This document shows positions 39,501 to 58,200 of a stretch of 64,000 bases of DNA, piece by piece; the first letter of the stretch is position 1, and every line of letters begins with the position of its first letter. The stretch is from assembly GCA_030390025.1 (NCBI GenBank), contig CM059438.1:56546001-56610000 (forward strand). The letters are read 5' to 3'. Origin of the DNA: Squalus acanthias. Taxonomy: Eukaryota. A program made the position numbers and the translations under genes. The notes beneath the pieces were generated by a model. That model saw only the letters and a list, made by a program, of their open reading frames with translations. It was not told the origin of the DNA and searched no databases.

Positions 39501-40582
39501 GCCATGTTTGATTTACACCCTTGATTTCTCTGACTGCCACTTTTGCTTTTCTCCTTCCTGTCTTTTGCTTCTATCCTTGCTTCCCTTTCCTGTCTCCCTG
39601 CACAGGTTCCCAACCCCCTGCCATTTTAGTTTAAACCCTCCCCAACAGCACTAGCAAACACTTCCCCCTAGGATATCAGTCCCGGTCCTGCCCAGGTGCA
39701 AACCGTCCAGTTTGTACTGGTCCCACCTCCCCCAGAACCAGTTCCAATATGCCAGGAATTTGAATCCCTCCCCCTTGCACCATTCCTCTAGCCACGTATT
39801 CATCTGAAATATCCTTCTATTTCTTCTGACTAGCACGTGGCACTGGTAGCAATCCTAAGATTACTACCTTTGAGGTCCTATTTTTTAATTTACCTCCTAA
39901 CTCCTTATATTCAGCTTTTAGGACCGCATCCCGGTTTTTACCTATATCGTTGGTACCTATATGCACCACAACTGGCTGTTCACCCTCCTTCTCCAGAATG
40001 CCCTGCAGCCACTCCGAGACATCCTTGACCCTTGCACCAGGGAGGCAACATACCATCCTGGAGTCTCGTTTGCAGCCGCAGAAACGCCTATCTATTCCCC
40101 TTACAATAGAATCCCTTATCACTATAGCTCTCCCGCTCTTTTTCCTCCCATCCTGTGCAGAACCACCCATGGTGCCAGGAAGTTGGCTGCTGCTGCCTTC
40201 CCCCGATAAGCCATCTCCCTCAATATCCAAAGCGGTATATCTGTTTGAGAGGGGGGATGGCCACAGGGGACCCCTGAACTACCTGCCTGCACCTACTACT
40301 CTGCCTGTCGGTCACCCATTCCCTTCCTACCTGTGCAGCCTTTACCTGCAGTGTGACCAACTGATTAAACGTGCTATCCACAACGTCCTCAGCATCGCAA
40401 ATGCTCCAGTATGTATCCATTCGCAGCTCCAGCGCCACAATGCGGTCTGCCAGTAGCTGCAGCTGGATACACTTCCTACACACATGGTCGTCAGGGACAC
40501 AGGAAGTGTCCCTGATTTCCCCACAGTGCAGGAGGAGCATACCACAGGGCTGAGCTGTGCTGCCATGACTTCCCCTTTAATT
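36564..40582 (-). mobile_element. Near full-length CR1 LINE (ORF1 zinc-finger/SGNH esterase-like; ORF2 endonuclease + RT), frameshifted
   Basis: ORF1 MAAQLSPVVCSSC...CRKC, DSIVRG, HIGTNDIG, DGLHL. ORF2 ETWL, GVVYRPP, RSDHN, YLDFQKAFD, GVPQGSVLGP, KFADD. (TCTATGTT)-type tail. Candidate TSD AAAACTT at 36557 and 40583. Confidence 0.93.
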
Positions 40583-41271
40583 AAAACTTGAATACTGTTC
40601 TATCTGGACAGAGTACATGAAAATCTGTTGATCCTTCAGCCTCCCTCAATTATAATTTTTCCATTTTTCAAATTGACTTGTTACTTCACTTTGAAAATAA
40701 AACTCATTGCACCACTTGGTACTTAAAATCAGTCTTTCCCAGAACCTCCTCCCTTCGAGTGTCCCTTCTCCCTGCAATCTACAAGCTTTTAAACCCAAGC
40801 TGGGTGTCAATTAACCACCATTTCTTGATTGGCTAGTCTTGTCCCCATGTCTTTTCAATCCTGGTGGTGTCATGCTACATGACCTTGAGCCTTCACCTAG
40901 ATTGCTCAATATAAAAATACAAGCATGCACTGGTTCCACTACTAAGTGTTACAGTAACAAGAGGCATCTAAAGTGCATTTAGCCAAACTATTTCATGTAG
41001 AACCCTGGATATTGTGAACTCACACTGGTGTTTTCATTTTTGTGGCTCAATTAAATACAATGTGTGGGCTGACCAGAACACTACAATTTAAACATAGCAA
41101 TCCAACTCCTCTACAGTTTTGACTATATAATTCAGCCTTTCATAATGGACAACTCAAGCTCCAGGATCTTTTATCAGTTTACATATTCATGCATTGAAAG
41201 CTTGGTGGTGGTGGGGGGGGGGGGGGGGGGGGGGGAAGGAAGAAAAAGAACAAACTAAATTACTATAAATT

Positions 41272-41277
41272 TTTATT
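41272..41277 (-). terminator. Candidate polyadenylation signal of the beta-tubulin gene
   Basis: AATAAA on - strand ~135 nt after TAA. Confidence 0.6.
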
Positions 41278-41411
41278 CAAAACTTTCAAACAAGCAGTCA
41301 ATATAAAACAGAAAATATGAAACCACAGAACAGGAAAAAAGACAAACTTCAGAAACAGGTCTTAATGTAACAAAGAAAACATGTTTAGAAGTTCATAATA
41401 TACAATTCTGT

Positions 41412-47126
<5,715 letters not shown>

Positions 47127-48059
47127 CTTACCAACTCGCGCTTATCTACCGTGACAATGAAAATACAACCAACGGCGAAACTAAGTAGCGGGTGCTTGCG
47201 CTGCGCTTTATATACCCCCGCGTCATCGCCGCGCTTTCGAGTGGGCGGCCCACCTTATCGTCAGCCCATTGGATAATCCCGATGTCAATCAAAGCCAACA
47301 CCCGCCCATCTCGCGGAAAGTGTGCTCCCATGGGCTCACTCCGATACTCGCCTTTGATTGGTTCGGTGCAGAGTCAGCGCGCGGAGCCTTGGCCGGCCCA
47401 CGTGGTGAGGAGGGTGGGGCACGTGGTCGGTATGGGCGGTCGCGTGATTGCTTTATACAATGGCGTTTCACAAACCTTTATCCTCATATTAAAAACATAT
47501 TATGCCCTTGTTCCCAGGCACATTATTCAGTTATACACTAAAACTAAAGCAAAATAGCGCGGATGCTGGCAATCTGAAAGAAAAACAGAATATGTTGGAA
47601 ATACTCAGGGTCAGGCAGAATCTGGGGAGAGTTAACGGGCTGGATTTTAATGCACAGACGCGCTGGGAGCGGGAGGGCCTGATAGCACGTGGGAAACCAG
47701 TAGATATGTGCAGCGCTTCTGTCAGTGGCTTTTTAATACAGCCAATTCATTAACAGCCCTTCCAAGCGCACTGTGCACCATTGCAGAGAGATTGGAGGAG
47801 TCCGTCTCAAGCATGAGTGGCATGCTGTCACAGGCCTTTGCGATGATGTCTTCTTCCATGGAAAGAGTGGCTAACTGTATGGAGCATCAAACGCGGCAAT
47901 CGAACGAGTACATGCAGACCTTCAACAACGGCTTGCACACTCTGGATGTCACTTTAAATCGGATGAATGATACTCTAGCCTTGGCCTTTCAGCGCCCCAC
48001 TGATCTGCAGCAAAGTGTTCACCAGCACAATGGTAGCAGGGAAGTGTGGCTGGGCCATG

Positions 48060-49142
48060 AGAGGGATGTAGTATATTTGGATTTCTGCAAGGCATTCGAT
48101 AAGGTGCCACATAAAGCGTTACGCAGGATAAGGGCTCATGGGGTTGGGGTAATGTATTAGTATGGAAAGAGGATTGGTTAATGGACAGAACTCAGAGTAG
48201 GAATAAACGGGTCATTTTCCAGTTGGCGGACTGTAACTAGCGGGTTGCTGCAAGGATCAGTGCTGGGGCCTCAGCTATTTACAATCTATATTAATAACTT
48301 AGATGAAGGTACCAAGTGTAATGTATGCAAGTTTGCTGACGATACACAGCTAGGTGGGAAAATAAACTGTGAGGAGGACACAAAGAGTCTGCAAAGGGAG
48401 AGAGACAGGTTAAGTGAGTGGGCAATAATGTGGCAGATGGAGTAAAATGTGGAGAAATGTGACTGATCCTTGCAGCACCCCACTAGTTACAGTCCGCCAA
48501 ACAGAAAATGTCCCATTTATTCCTACTCTCTGTGTTCTGTTCATTAACCAATCCTCTTTCCATGCTAATACATTACCCCCACTTTGGTAGGAAGAATAGG
48601 AAAACAGAATATTTTTTAAACAGTGAGAAACTAATAAATGTTGGTGTTCAAAGAGATTTAGGTGTCCTAGTACAGGAAACACAGAAAGCTAGCATGCAGG
48701 TACAGCAGCAATTAGTAAGGCAAATGGCATGTTGGCCTTTATTGCAAGGGGGTTGGAGTAGAAGAGTAAGGAAGTCTTGCTGCAATTGTACAGGGCCTGG
48801 TGAGACCACACCTGGAGTACTGTGCACAGTTTTAGTCTCCTTATCTAAGGAAGGATTTACTTGACTCATAGGCGGTGCAACGAAGGTTCACTAGATTGAT
48901 TCCTGGGATAAGAGGGTTGTCCTATGAGGAGAGATTGAGTAGATTGGGCCTATACTCGCTGGAGTCTTTGAGTATATTCAAGGCTGAGAAAGATAGATTT
49001 TTGGACTCCAGGGAAATCAAGTGATATGGAGATAGTGCAGGAAAGTGGACTTGAGGTTGAAGATCAGCCATGATCTTACTGAATGGCGGAGCAGGCTCGA
49101 GGGGCCGTATGGACTACTCCTGCTCCTAATTCTTATGTTCTC
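48060..49142 (+). mobile_element. Rearranged CR1 RT/3' fragment inserted in the Harbinger
   Basis: DVVYLDFCKAFDKVPH, QGSVLGP, KFADD, CR1 3' UTR; internal inverted duplication. Confidence 0.88.
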
Positions 49143-49759
49143 ATGATGATAAAAGGGGACCTGAAAGTGGGGACTCTGCTCAAAGTGGTTCCACTTCTCA
49201 CCTGTTGCCCCCACCTCCTCAGTCAGTACCCAATATGCTGCCTCATGTCCCGAGTTTGCTGAGTGTGCCCCTGCACAGGTGCAGGTGGAGAAGTCTTTGG
49301 CGGGGCCCTCACGGGCTCCAAAACCCAGAGGACATCGGCCAAGAGCAACTCAACAGTCAGAGCTGGGATCTGAGCAGCCTGCCTCTACCTCTGCTGAAGC
49401 CACAGGGGTTGAACCACGTAGAAGTGCTAGGAAAAGGAAGAGTAAAGATTTGTGTTGCACAAGTGTATGCACATGGGTGTGTTAGACATTGTTAGATTGT
49501 TTAAGCTTCTGTTGTTTATTTGAAGCACATAAATATTATTGTTTTCCACCACTTTACCATCTTGCCCGTTCTTGGTTGCTGGCTGGCAAGTGGCCTTTTC
49601 TGTTGTTTGATGATGAATGGGAAGACATGAATTGACAGCGACCAATGGCGGTATGTGAAAGGGATGTTTGGTTGTTTGACTGTTTTGTGTTAGTGGCATT
49701 GGGGGTGAGGGCAACAGTGGTTTTTGCATATGGTTGTTAGAACCTAACATTGGTGGAAC

Positions 49760-50800
49760 CTAAGTGAACCTCACAATAATGAGGGCATCCCGGGCAGCAA
49801 TTTGCACCACTGGTAGTGCATTGCCATCATTACCTTCCGCCTCCTCATCTTCCTCCCCCTCCTCGGAGTCTTCTGAAGAGGCTCTGTGCTCTGCGCCTTG
49901 TCCCTCCTGCAGGTCCAAACCTCGCTGCTGCACAATTTTGTGCAGAGCACAGCACACCACGACCATTCTGGAGACCCTGGCTAGTGCGTATTGAAGGGCG
50001 TTTCCAAATCTGTCCAGGCACCTGAAGCGCATCTTCAGCGTGCCAATGGCTTGTTCAAAGATACATCTGGTGGTCATATGGCATTCATTATATCACTCCT
50101 GGGCCTCGTTCCTCAGGTTTCTGAAAGGTGTCATCAGCCACGTTATAAGTGGGTATCCCTTATCTCTAAGCAGCCAGCCAGTAACTCTGATTCCAGGGGC
50201 AAAGACGTTTGGGAGGGTAGACTGCCGCAGGACGAAAGCATCATGGCAGTTGCCCAGGAATCTTGTGCACACCTGCATAAAGATCTTTTTGTAGTTGAAC
50301 ACCAGCAGCACATTGATGGAGTGGAAGTCCTTGCGGTTGACAAACACTCCTGGGTGATCTATGGGTGCCTTATTTACCACATGCGTGCAGTCGATGACAC
50401 CCTGCACCTGTGGGAAGCCAGCCAGAGCTGCAAACCTGAGCGCCCGCTCATTCTGACTGGTGCCATTGCAGGCAAAGTTGACATAATTGGCGGCCCTGGC
50501 AAACAAGCCAGTCATCTGTCTTATGCATTTGTGCGCCACTGACTGCAAGATCCTACAAATATCTCCGGCAGAGCCCTGAAAGGATCTAGAGGCAAAATAG
50601 TTCAGGACGGTGGTGACTTTGACATCCACTGGTAAAGCATGGCCACCAGGTCTAGCTGGCAGCAGGTCTTGTTCCAGCAGGCTGCAAATGTCTGCCACCA
50701 CCTCATGCGACACCCTGAGCCTCCTGAGACACTGGTGTTCCGACAGGTCCAGGAAGCTTATTCTTTGCCTGTAGAGCCTATGTGCCGGATATGGCCTCCT
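49760..50800 (-). pseudogene. Harbinger (HARBI1-like) DDE transposase, frameshifted
   Basis: RLYRQRISFLDLSEHQCLRRLR; GFPQVQGVIDCTHV; NRKDFHSINV; HDAFVLRQS; LLRDKGYPL; IFEQAIGTLKMRFRCL; split between ORFs 50093-50713 and 49760-50077. Confidence 0.9.
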
Positions 50801-50890
50801 GTGAGCTGCCCCTCTCTGCTGATCCTCTGACTCCTGTGGAGCTACAGGTCTATGACCAGCAGGCTGCTGCTGCTGCTGTTGGTCATCTTG

Positions 50891-53800
50891 GTCATAGAGT
50901 CATAGAGTTATACAGCACAGAAAGAGGCCCTTCGGCCCAGCGTGTCCACGCCGGCCATCAAGCCCTGTCTATTCTAATCCCATTTTCCAGCACTTGGTCC
51001 ATAGCCTTGTATGCTATGGCGTTTCAAGTGCTCATCTAAATGCTTCTTGAATGTTGTGAGGGTTCCTGCCTCTACCACCCTTTCAGGCAGTGAGTTCCAG
51101 ATTCCAACCACCCTCTGGGTGAAAAAGTTTTTCCTCAAATCCCCTCTAAACCTCCTGCCCCTTACCTTGAAACTATGCCCCCTGGTTATTGACCCCTCTA
51201 CTAAGGGGAAAAGTTCCTTTCTATCTACCCTATCTATGCCCCTCATAATTTTGTACACCTCAATCAGGTCCCCCCTCAGCCTTCTCTGCTCCAAGGAAAA
51301 CAACCCCAGCCTGTTCAATTTCTCTTCATAGCTGAAGCGCTCCAGCCCAGGTAACATCCTGGTGAATCTCCTCTGCACCCTCTCCAATGCAATCACATCC
51401 TTCCTATAGTGTGGCGACCAGAACTGCACACAGTATTCCAGCTGTGGCCTAACCAGCGTTTAGTACAGCTCCATCATAACCTCCCTGCTCTTATATTCTA
51501 TGCCTCGGCTAATGAAGGCAAGTATCCCATATGCCTTTTTAACCACCTTATCTACCTGTCCTGCTGCCTTCAGGGATCTATGTACATGCACACCAAGGTC
51601 CCTCTGATCCTCTGTCCTTCCTAGGGTCCTACCATTCATTGTGTATTCCCTTGCCTTGTTAGTCCTCCCAAAATGCATCACCTCACACTTTTCAGGGTTA
51701 AATTCCATTTGCCACTGTTCTGCCCATCTGACCAACCCGTCTATATCGTCCTGTAGCCTGAGGCTTCCCTCCTCGCTATTTACCACTCCACCAATTTTCG
51801 TGTCATCTGCGAACTTACTGATCATACCTCCTACATTCATATCTAAATCATTAATGTACACTACAAACAGCAAAGGACCCAGCACCGATCCCTGCGGTAC
51901 ACCACTGGACACAGGCTTCCAGTCACAAAAACAACCTTCGACTATCACCCTCTGCCTCCTGCCACTAAGCCAATTTTGGATCCAATGTGCCAAATTGCCC
52001 TGGATCCCATGGGCTCTTACCTTCTTGACCAGTCTCCCATGCGAGACTTTGTCAAAAGCCTTACTGAAGTCTATGTAGACCACATCAACTGCACTACCCT
52101 CATCCACACACCTAGTCACCCCCTCCAAAAATTCAATCAAATTGGTTAGACATGATCTCCCCCTGACAAAGCCATGCTGACTATCCTTGATTAATCCTTG
52201 CCTCTCCAAGTGGAGACTAATTCTGTCTCTCAGAATTTTTTCCAATAATTTCCCTACCACTGATGTTAGGCTCACTGGCCTGTAATTCCCTGGTTTATCC
52301 CTACTACCCTTCTTGAATAATGGTACTACGTTAGTTGTCCTCCCCTGTGGCCAGAGAGGTTCTGAAAATTTGTGTCAGAGCCCCTGCAATCTCCTCCCTT
52401 GCCTCACACAGCAGCCTGGGATACATCTCGTCAGGGCCTGGGGATTTATCCACTTTTAAGTCCGCTAAAACCACTAGTACCTCCTCCCTCTCAATACTAA
52501 TTTGTTCAAGTATATCACAATCCCCCTGCCTGATTTCTATGCCTACATCATCCTTCTCCATATTGAACACAGATGCAAAATATTCATTTAAATCCTCACC
52601 CACATCTTCTGGCTCTAAACACAGATTGCCACTTTGGTCCCTAATGGGCCCTACTCTTTCCCTGGTTATCCTCTTGCCCTTAATATACTTATAAAACACC
52701 TTGGGATTTTCCTTTATTTTGCCCACCAGTGTTTTTTCATGCCCCCTCTTCGCTCTCCTAATTTCTTTTTTAAGTACCCCCCCTGCACTTTCTATACTCC
52801 TCTAGGGCTTCCACTGTTTTTAGTCCTTTGTATCTGCCAAAAGCCTCCCTTTTTTTCCTAATCCATTCTTCTATATCCCTTGACATCCAGGGTTCCCTGG
52901 GCTTGTTGGTCCCACCCTTGACCTTTACGGAAACATGTTGGCGTTGTACTCTCTCTATTTCCTTTCTGAAAGACTCCCACTGCTCTGATGTGGATTTTCC
53001 TACAAGTAGCTGATCCCAGTCCACTTTGGCCAGATCCTGCCTTATCATATTAAAATCGGCCTTCCCCCAATTTAGAACTTTTATTTCTGGTCCATCTTTG
53101 TCCTTTTCCATGACTACCTTAAATCTCACCAAATTATGGTCACTGTCACCAAAATGCTCTCCTACTGACACTTCTACCACTTGCCCAGCTACACTCCCTA
53201 GAATTAGGTCCAGTACCGCCCCCTCTCTTGTAGGACTTTCTACATGCTGGCTCAAAGAGCTCTCCTGGATGCACTTTAAGAATTCCGCACCCTCTAAGTC
53301 TTTCACACTCTGACTATCCCAGTTAATATTGGGGAAGTTGAAATTCCCTACTATTATTACCCTATTATTTCTACACTTCTCTGAGATTTGCCTACATATC
53401 TGTTCCTCTATCTCCCCCTAACTGTTTGGGGGCCTATAGTACACTCCCAGCAAAGTGCTTGCCCCCTTTTTGTTTTTAAGTTCTACCCATATGGCCTCAT
53501 TAGAGGAACCTGCTAAGATATCATCTCTCCTTACTGCAGTAATTGACTCCTTGATTAATATTGCGACACCCCCTCCTCCTCTTTTACACCTACCTCTGTC
53601 TCGCCTGAAGATTCTATACCCCGGAATATTGAGCTGCCAGTCCTGCCCCTCCCTCAACCATGTCTCTGTGATAGCAACAATATCATACTCCCATGTGTTC
53701 ATCAACACCTTCAATTCATCTGCCTTACTCGCAAGACTCCTTGCATTAAAATAAATGCCATCCAGCCTTGCCATGCTCCCTTGTGCCATTACATATTTGC

Positions 53801-54083
53801 TCTGCCTTCCAGACTGACTTGTTTTTTTCCTCTATATTTGGCTGTGCATCACCCCCTACTATAGCTCCACTCCGTATCCCATCCCCCTGCCAAGTTAGTT
53901 TAAACCCCTCCAACAGTACTAGCAAACCTCCCCGCAAGGATGTTGGTCCCATTCCGGTTCAGGTGCAACCCATCCGACTTGTACAGGTCCCACCTTCCCC
54001 AGAAGCAGATCCAGTGATCCAGGAAACTAAAGCCCTCCCTCCTGCACCAACTCTTTAGCCACGCATTCATCTGCTCTATCCTT
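50891..54083 (-). mobile_element. 5'-truncated CR1 LINE (ORF1 end + ORF2), frameshifted
   Basis: DGLHLN; ITETWL, GVYYRPP, DSDHN; IDFSKAFD, GVPQGSVLGP, KFADD; (CTCTATGA)n tail. Confidence 0.93.
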
Positions 54084-54197
54084 ATGTGACATCCAATCTG
54101 AGGCAGCATAAGTGGCACCCATGCTGATCTGATAGATCAGAGCTCCAAAGTGCAGATCAGACCTCCAAACCTCCAAAGTGTAGATGACACCTCCAAA

Positions 54198-54367
54198 GGT
54201 CATTATCACATTGCTGTTTGTGGGAGCTTGCTGTGTGCAAATTGACTGCCGTGTTTTCTACATTTCAACAGTGACTACACTTCAAAAGTACATCATTGGC
54301 TATAAACTGCTTTAGGACGTCCTGAGATCATGAAAGGCGCTATATAAATGCAAGTCGTTCTTTCTTT
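54198..54367 (+). mobile_element. DeuSINE 3' fragment
   Basis: Matches 22690-22845; flanked by CAAAGTGTAGA[T/C]GACACC direct repeats at ~54174 and 54368. Confidence 0.75.
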
Positions 54368-54591
54368 CAAAGTGTAGACGACACCAGCTTTTCACCATGA
54401 ACGTCCAATCCCTCTACACCTCCACCTCCACCAGGACGGCCTGAGGGCACTCCGCTTCTTCCTTGAACGGAGGCCCAACCAGTCCACGTCCACCACCACC
54501 CCCCAACGCCTGGCTGAACTTGTTCTTACAACTTCTCCTTTGATTCCACTCACTTCCTCCAAATAACAGGTGTCACTATGGGAACCCGTAT

Positions 54592-55277
54592 CTTCTCTTC
54601 TTCTTCTTAGGCAGTCCCTTGGAACCGAGGATGACTTGCTTCCACACTAAAAATGAGTTCTCAGTTGACTGATGAGTCCAATGCGGGACCTACAGTCTCT
54701 GTCACAGGTGGGGCAGACGGTGGTTGAAGGGGCGGGTGGGTGGGGTGCTTGGGTTGACGTGCGCTCCTTCCGCTGTTTGCGCTTGGCTTCCGCTTGCTCC
54801 CGGTGAAGAGACTTGAGGTGTTCGGCGCCTTCCCGGATGCGTCTCCTCCACTTTGTGCGGTCTTGGGCCAGGGATTCCCAGGTGTCGGTGGGATGTTGCA
54901 CTTTTTCAAGGAGCTCCGAGTAGAGCACTTGCTTTGGGAGTCTCGTATCGGGCATGCGGACGATGTGGCCCGTCCATCAGAGCTGATCGAGCGTGGTCAA
55001 AGCTTCGATGCTGGGGATGTTGGCCTGAGCGAGAACACTGATGCGCCTATCCTGCCAATGGATTTGCAGGATCTTGCGGAGGCAGCGTTTGTGATACTTC
55101 TCCAGTGCTTTGAGGTGCCTGCTGTACATGGTCCATGTCTCTGAGGCATACAGCAGGGCAGGTATCACTGCTGCTCTGTAGACCATGAGCTTGGTGCCGG
55201 GTTTGAGATCCTGGTCTTCAAACACTCTCTTCCTCAGGCGACTGAAGGCTGCACTGGCACACTGAAGGCAGTGTTGG
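54592..55277 (-). mobile_element. RTE-clade LINE 3' fragment
   Basis: KLMVYRAAVIPALLYASETWT, RCLRKILQIHWQD, MPDTRLPKQVLYSEL, CPTCDRDCRSRIGLISQLRTH; (GAA)n tail; 61-bp flanking duplication. Confidence 0.9.
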
Positions 55278-58200
55278 ACTTCTCCTTTGACTCCACTCAC
55301 TTCCTCCAAATAACAGGTGTCACTATGGGAACCCGTATGGGTTTTAGCTGTGCCTGCCTTTTCGTGAAATATGTGGAACATTCTTTGTTCCAGTCCTACT
55401 CAGGTCCCCTCCCTCACTTATTTTTCCGATACATTGATGACTGTATTGGTGCCACTTCCTGCTCTCACCCTGAACTGGAAAATTTCATCAACTTTGCAAT
55501 TTCCACCCTTCCCTCGTCTTCACATGGTCCATCTCCGACTCTTCCCTTCCCTTCCTCGGCTTCTCTGTCTCTATTTCTGGGGATAGGCTCCCACAGCTAC
55601 CTGGACTACACTTCCTCCAACCCCGCTTCCTGTAAGGACTCTATTCCATTCTCCCAGTTTCTCCGTCTCCATTGCATCTGCTCTGACGATGCAACCTTCC
55701 ATACCAGTGCTTCCGACATGTCTTCCTTTTTCTTAAATTGAGGATTCCCCTCCACTGTGGTTGACAGAGCCCTCGACCGTGTCCGTCCCATTTCCCGCAC
55801 TTCTGCTCTCAACCCTTCCTCTCCCTCCTAGAACCATGATAGGGTTCCCCTTGTCCTCACCTTCCACCCCACCAGCCTCCACATTCAATGGATCATCCTT
55901 CGCCATTTCCGCCACCTCCAACGTGATCCCACCACCTTCCCTCCCCTTTTCAGCATTCCGAAGGCACTGTTCCCTTCGCGAAACCCTGCTCTGCTCTTCA
56001 AACACTCCCAACAACCCCTCCCCTTCCCACGGCACCTACCCGTACAAGCGCAGGAGATGCAACACCTGCTCTTTCACCTCCTACCTTCCCACCGTCCAGG
56101 GCCCCAAACACTCCTTCCAGGTGAAACAGCGATTTACTTGTACTTCTTTCAATTTAGTATACTGTATTCGCTGCTCACACTGCGGCCTCCTCCACATTGG
56201 GGAGACCAAACGCAGATTGGGTGATCGCTTTGCTGAACACCTCCGTTCAGTCCGCAAGCAGGACCCTGAGCTTCCGGTCGCCTGTCACTTTAATTCTCCG
56301 CTCCACTCCCACTCTGACCTCTCTGTCCTCTGCCTCCTACACTGTTCTAATGAAGCTCAATGGAATTTCGAGGAACCTCACCTCATCCTTCTATTAGGCA
56401 CTTTACAGCCTTCCGGACTCAACATTGAGTTCCACAATTTCAGATCATAACCACTGCTCCCAATTTGTCAGACAGCAGGTGCTGTTAACGGTTCTGCTTT
56501 TGGCATTTACACCTCTTCTAGACCCATCTTTTGTTTCTTTACTTCATATCATAGAATCATAGAATGGTTACAGCACGGAAGAAGGCCATTCGGCCCGTCG
56601 AGCCCATGCCGGCTCTTTGCAAGAGCACTTCAGCTAGTCCCACTCCCCCGCCCTTTCCCCGTAGCCCAGCAAATTTCTTTCCTTCAGATACTTATCCAAT
56701 TCCCTTTTGAAAGCCGTGATTGAATCTGCCTCCACCACCCTCTCAGGCCGTGCATTCCAGATCTTAACCACTCGCTGCGTAAAAAAGATTTTTCTTACAT
56801 TGCCTTCGGTTCTTTTGCCAATCACCTTAAATCTGTGTCCTCTGGTTCGCAACCCTTCTGCCAATGGGAACAGTTTCCCTCTATCTACTCTGTCCAGACC
56901 CCTCATGATTTTGAACACCTCTATCAAATCTCCTCTCAATCTTCTCTGCTCCAAGGAGAACAACCCCAGCTTCTCCAGTCTATCAAAGTAACTGAAGTCC
57001 CTCATTCCTGGAATCATTCTCGTAAATCTTTTCTGCACCCTCTCTAAGGCCTTCACATCCTTCCTAAAGTGTGGTGCCCAGAATTGGACACAGTACTCCA
57101 GTTGGGGCTGAACCAGTGTTTTATACAAGTTCATCATAATTTCCACACTTTTGTACTCTATACCTCTATTCATGAAGCCCAGGATCCCGTAAGCCTTTTT
57201 AACTGCTTTCTCAACCTGCCCTGCCACCTTCGACGATTTGTGCACACATACATAGGTCTCTCTGTTCGTGCATCCCCGTCAGGATTGTACCATTTAGTTT
57301 ATATGTCCTATCCTCATTCTTTCTACCAAAATGTATCACTTCACACTTTTCTGCGTTAAATTTCATCTGCCACGTGTCCGCCCATTTCACCAGCCTGCCT
57401 GTGTCTTCCTGAAGTCTATCACTCTCCTCCTCACTGTTCTCTATACTTCCAAGTTTTGTGTCATCTGCAAATTTTGAAATTGTGCCCTGTACACCTATGT
57501 CAAAGTCATTAATATATATCAAGAAAAGCAGTCCTAGAACTGACCCCTGGGGAACACCACTGTATACCTTCCAACAGTCCAAAAAACAACCGTTCACCAC
57601 TACTCTCTGTTTCCTGTCACTTAGCCAATTTCGTATCCATGCTGCCACTGTCCCTTTTATTCCATGCACTTCAACTTTGCTGGCAAGCCTATTATGTGGC
57701 ACTTTGTCGAATGCCTTTTGGAAATCCATGTACACCACATCAACCGCATTGCCCTCATCAACCCTCTCTGTTACCTCATCAAAAAACTCGATCAAGTTGG
57801 TTAAACACGATTTGCCTTTAACAAATCTGTGCTGGCTTTCCTTAATTAACCCACACTTGTCCAAGTGACTGTTAATTTTGTCCCTGATTACTGTTTCTAA
57901 AAGCTTCCCCACTACTGAGGTCAAACTGACTGGCCTGTAGTTGCTGGGTTTATCTTTACACCCTTTTTTGAACAATGGTGTAACATTTGCAATTCTCCAG
58001 TCCTCTGGCACCACCCCTGTATCTAAGGAGGATTGGAATATTATGGCCAGTACCTCAGCGATTTCCTCCTTCAATTCCCTCAGCATCCTAGGATGCATCC
58101 CATCTGCTCCTGGTGATTTATCTACTTTAAGTACAGCCAGCCTTTCTAATACCTCTTTATCAATTTTTATCCTATCAAATATCTCCACTACCTCCTCCTT

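Larger units (their letters stand above)
47637..50890. mobile_element. Second decayed PIF/Harbinger transposon (left TIR, Myb-partner C-terminal remnants on +, transposase on -), interrupted by CR1
   Basis: Terminus GGGCTGGATTTT at 47637. ORF pieces at 47708-48060 and 49279-49450 resemble the tail of the 20209-22091 gene (EESVSSMS, RRSARKRK). Convergent transposase. Confidence 0.78.

Noticed and set aside
41213..41235. Poly-G run downstream of the tubulin polyA signal
   Set aside because: Simple homopolymer of uncertain length; no further support for function
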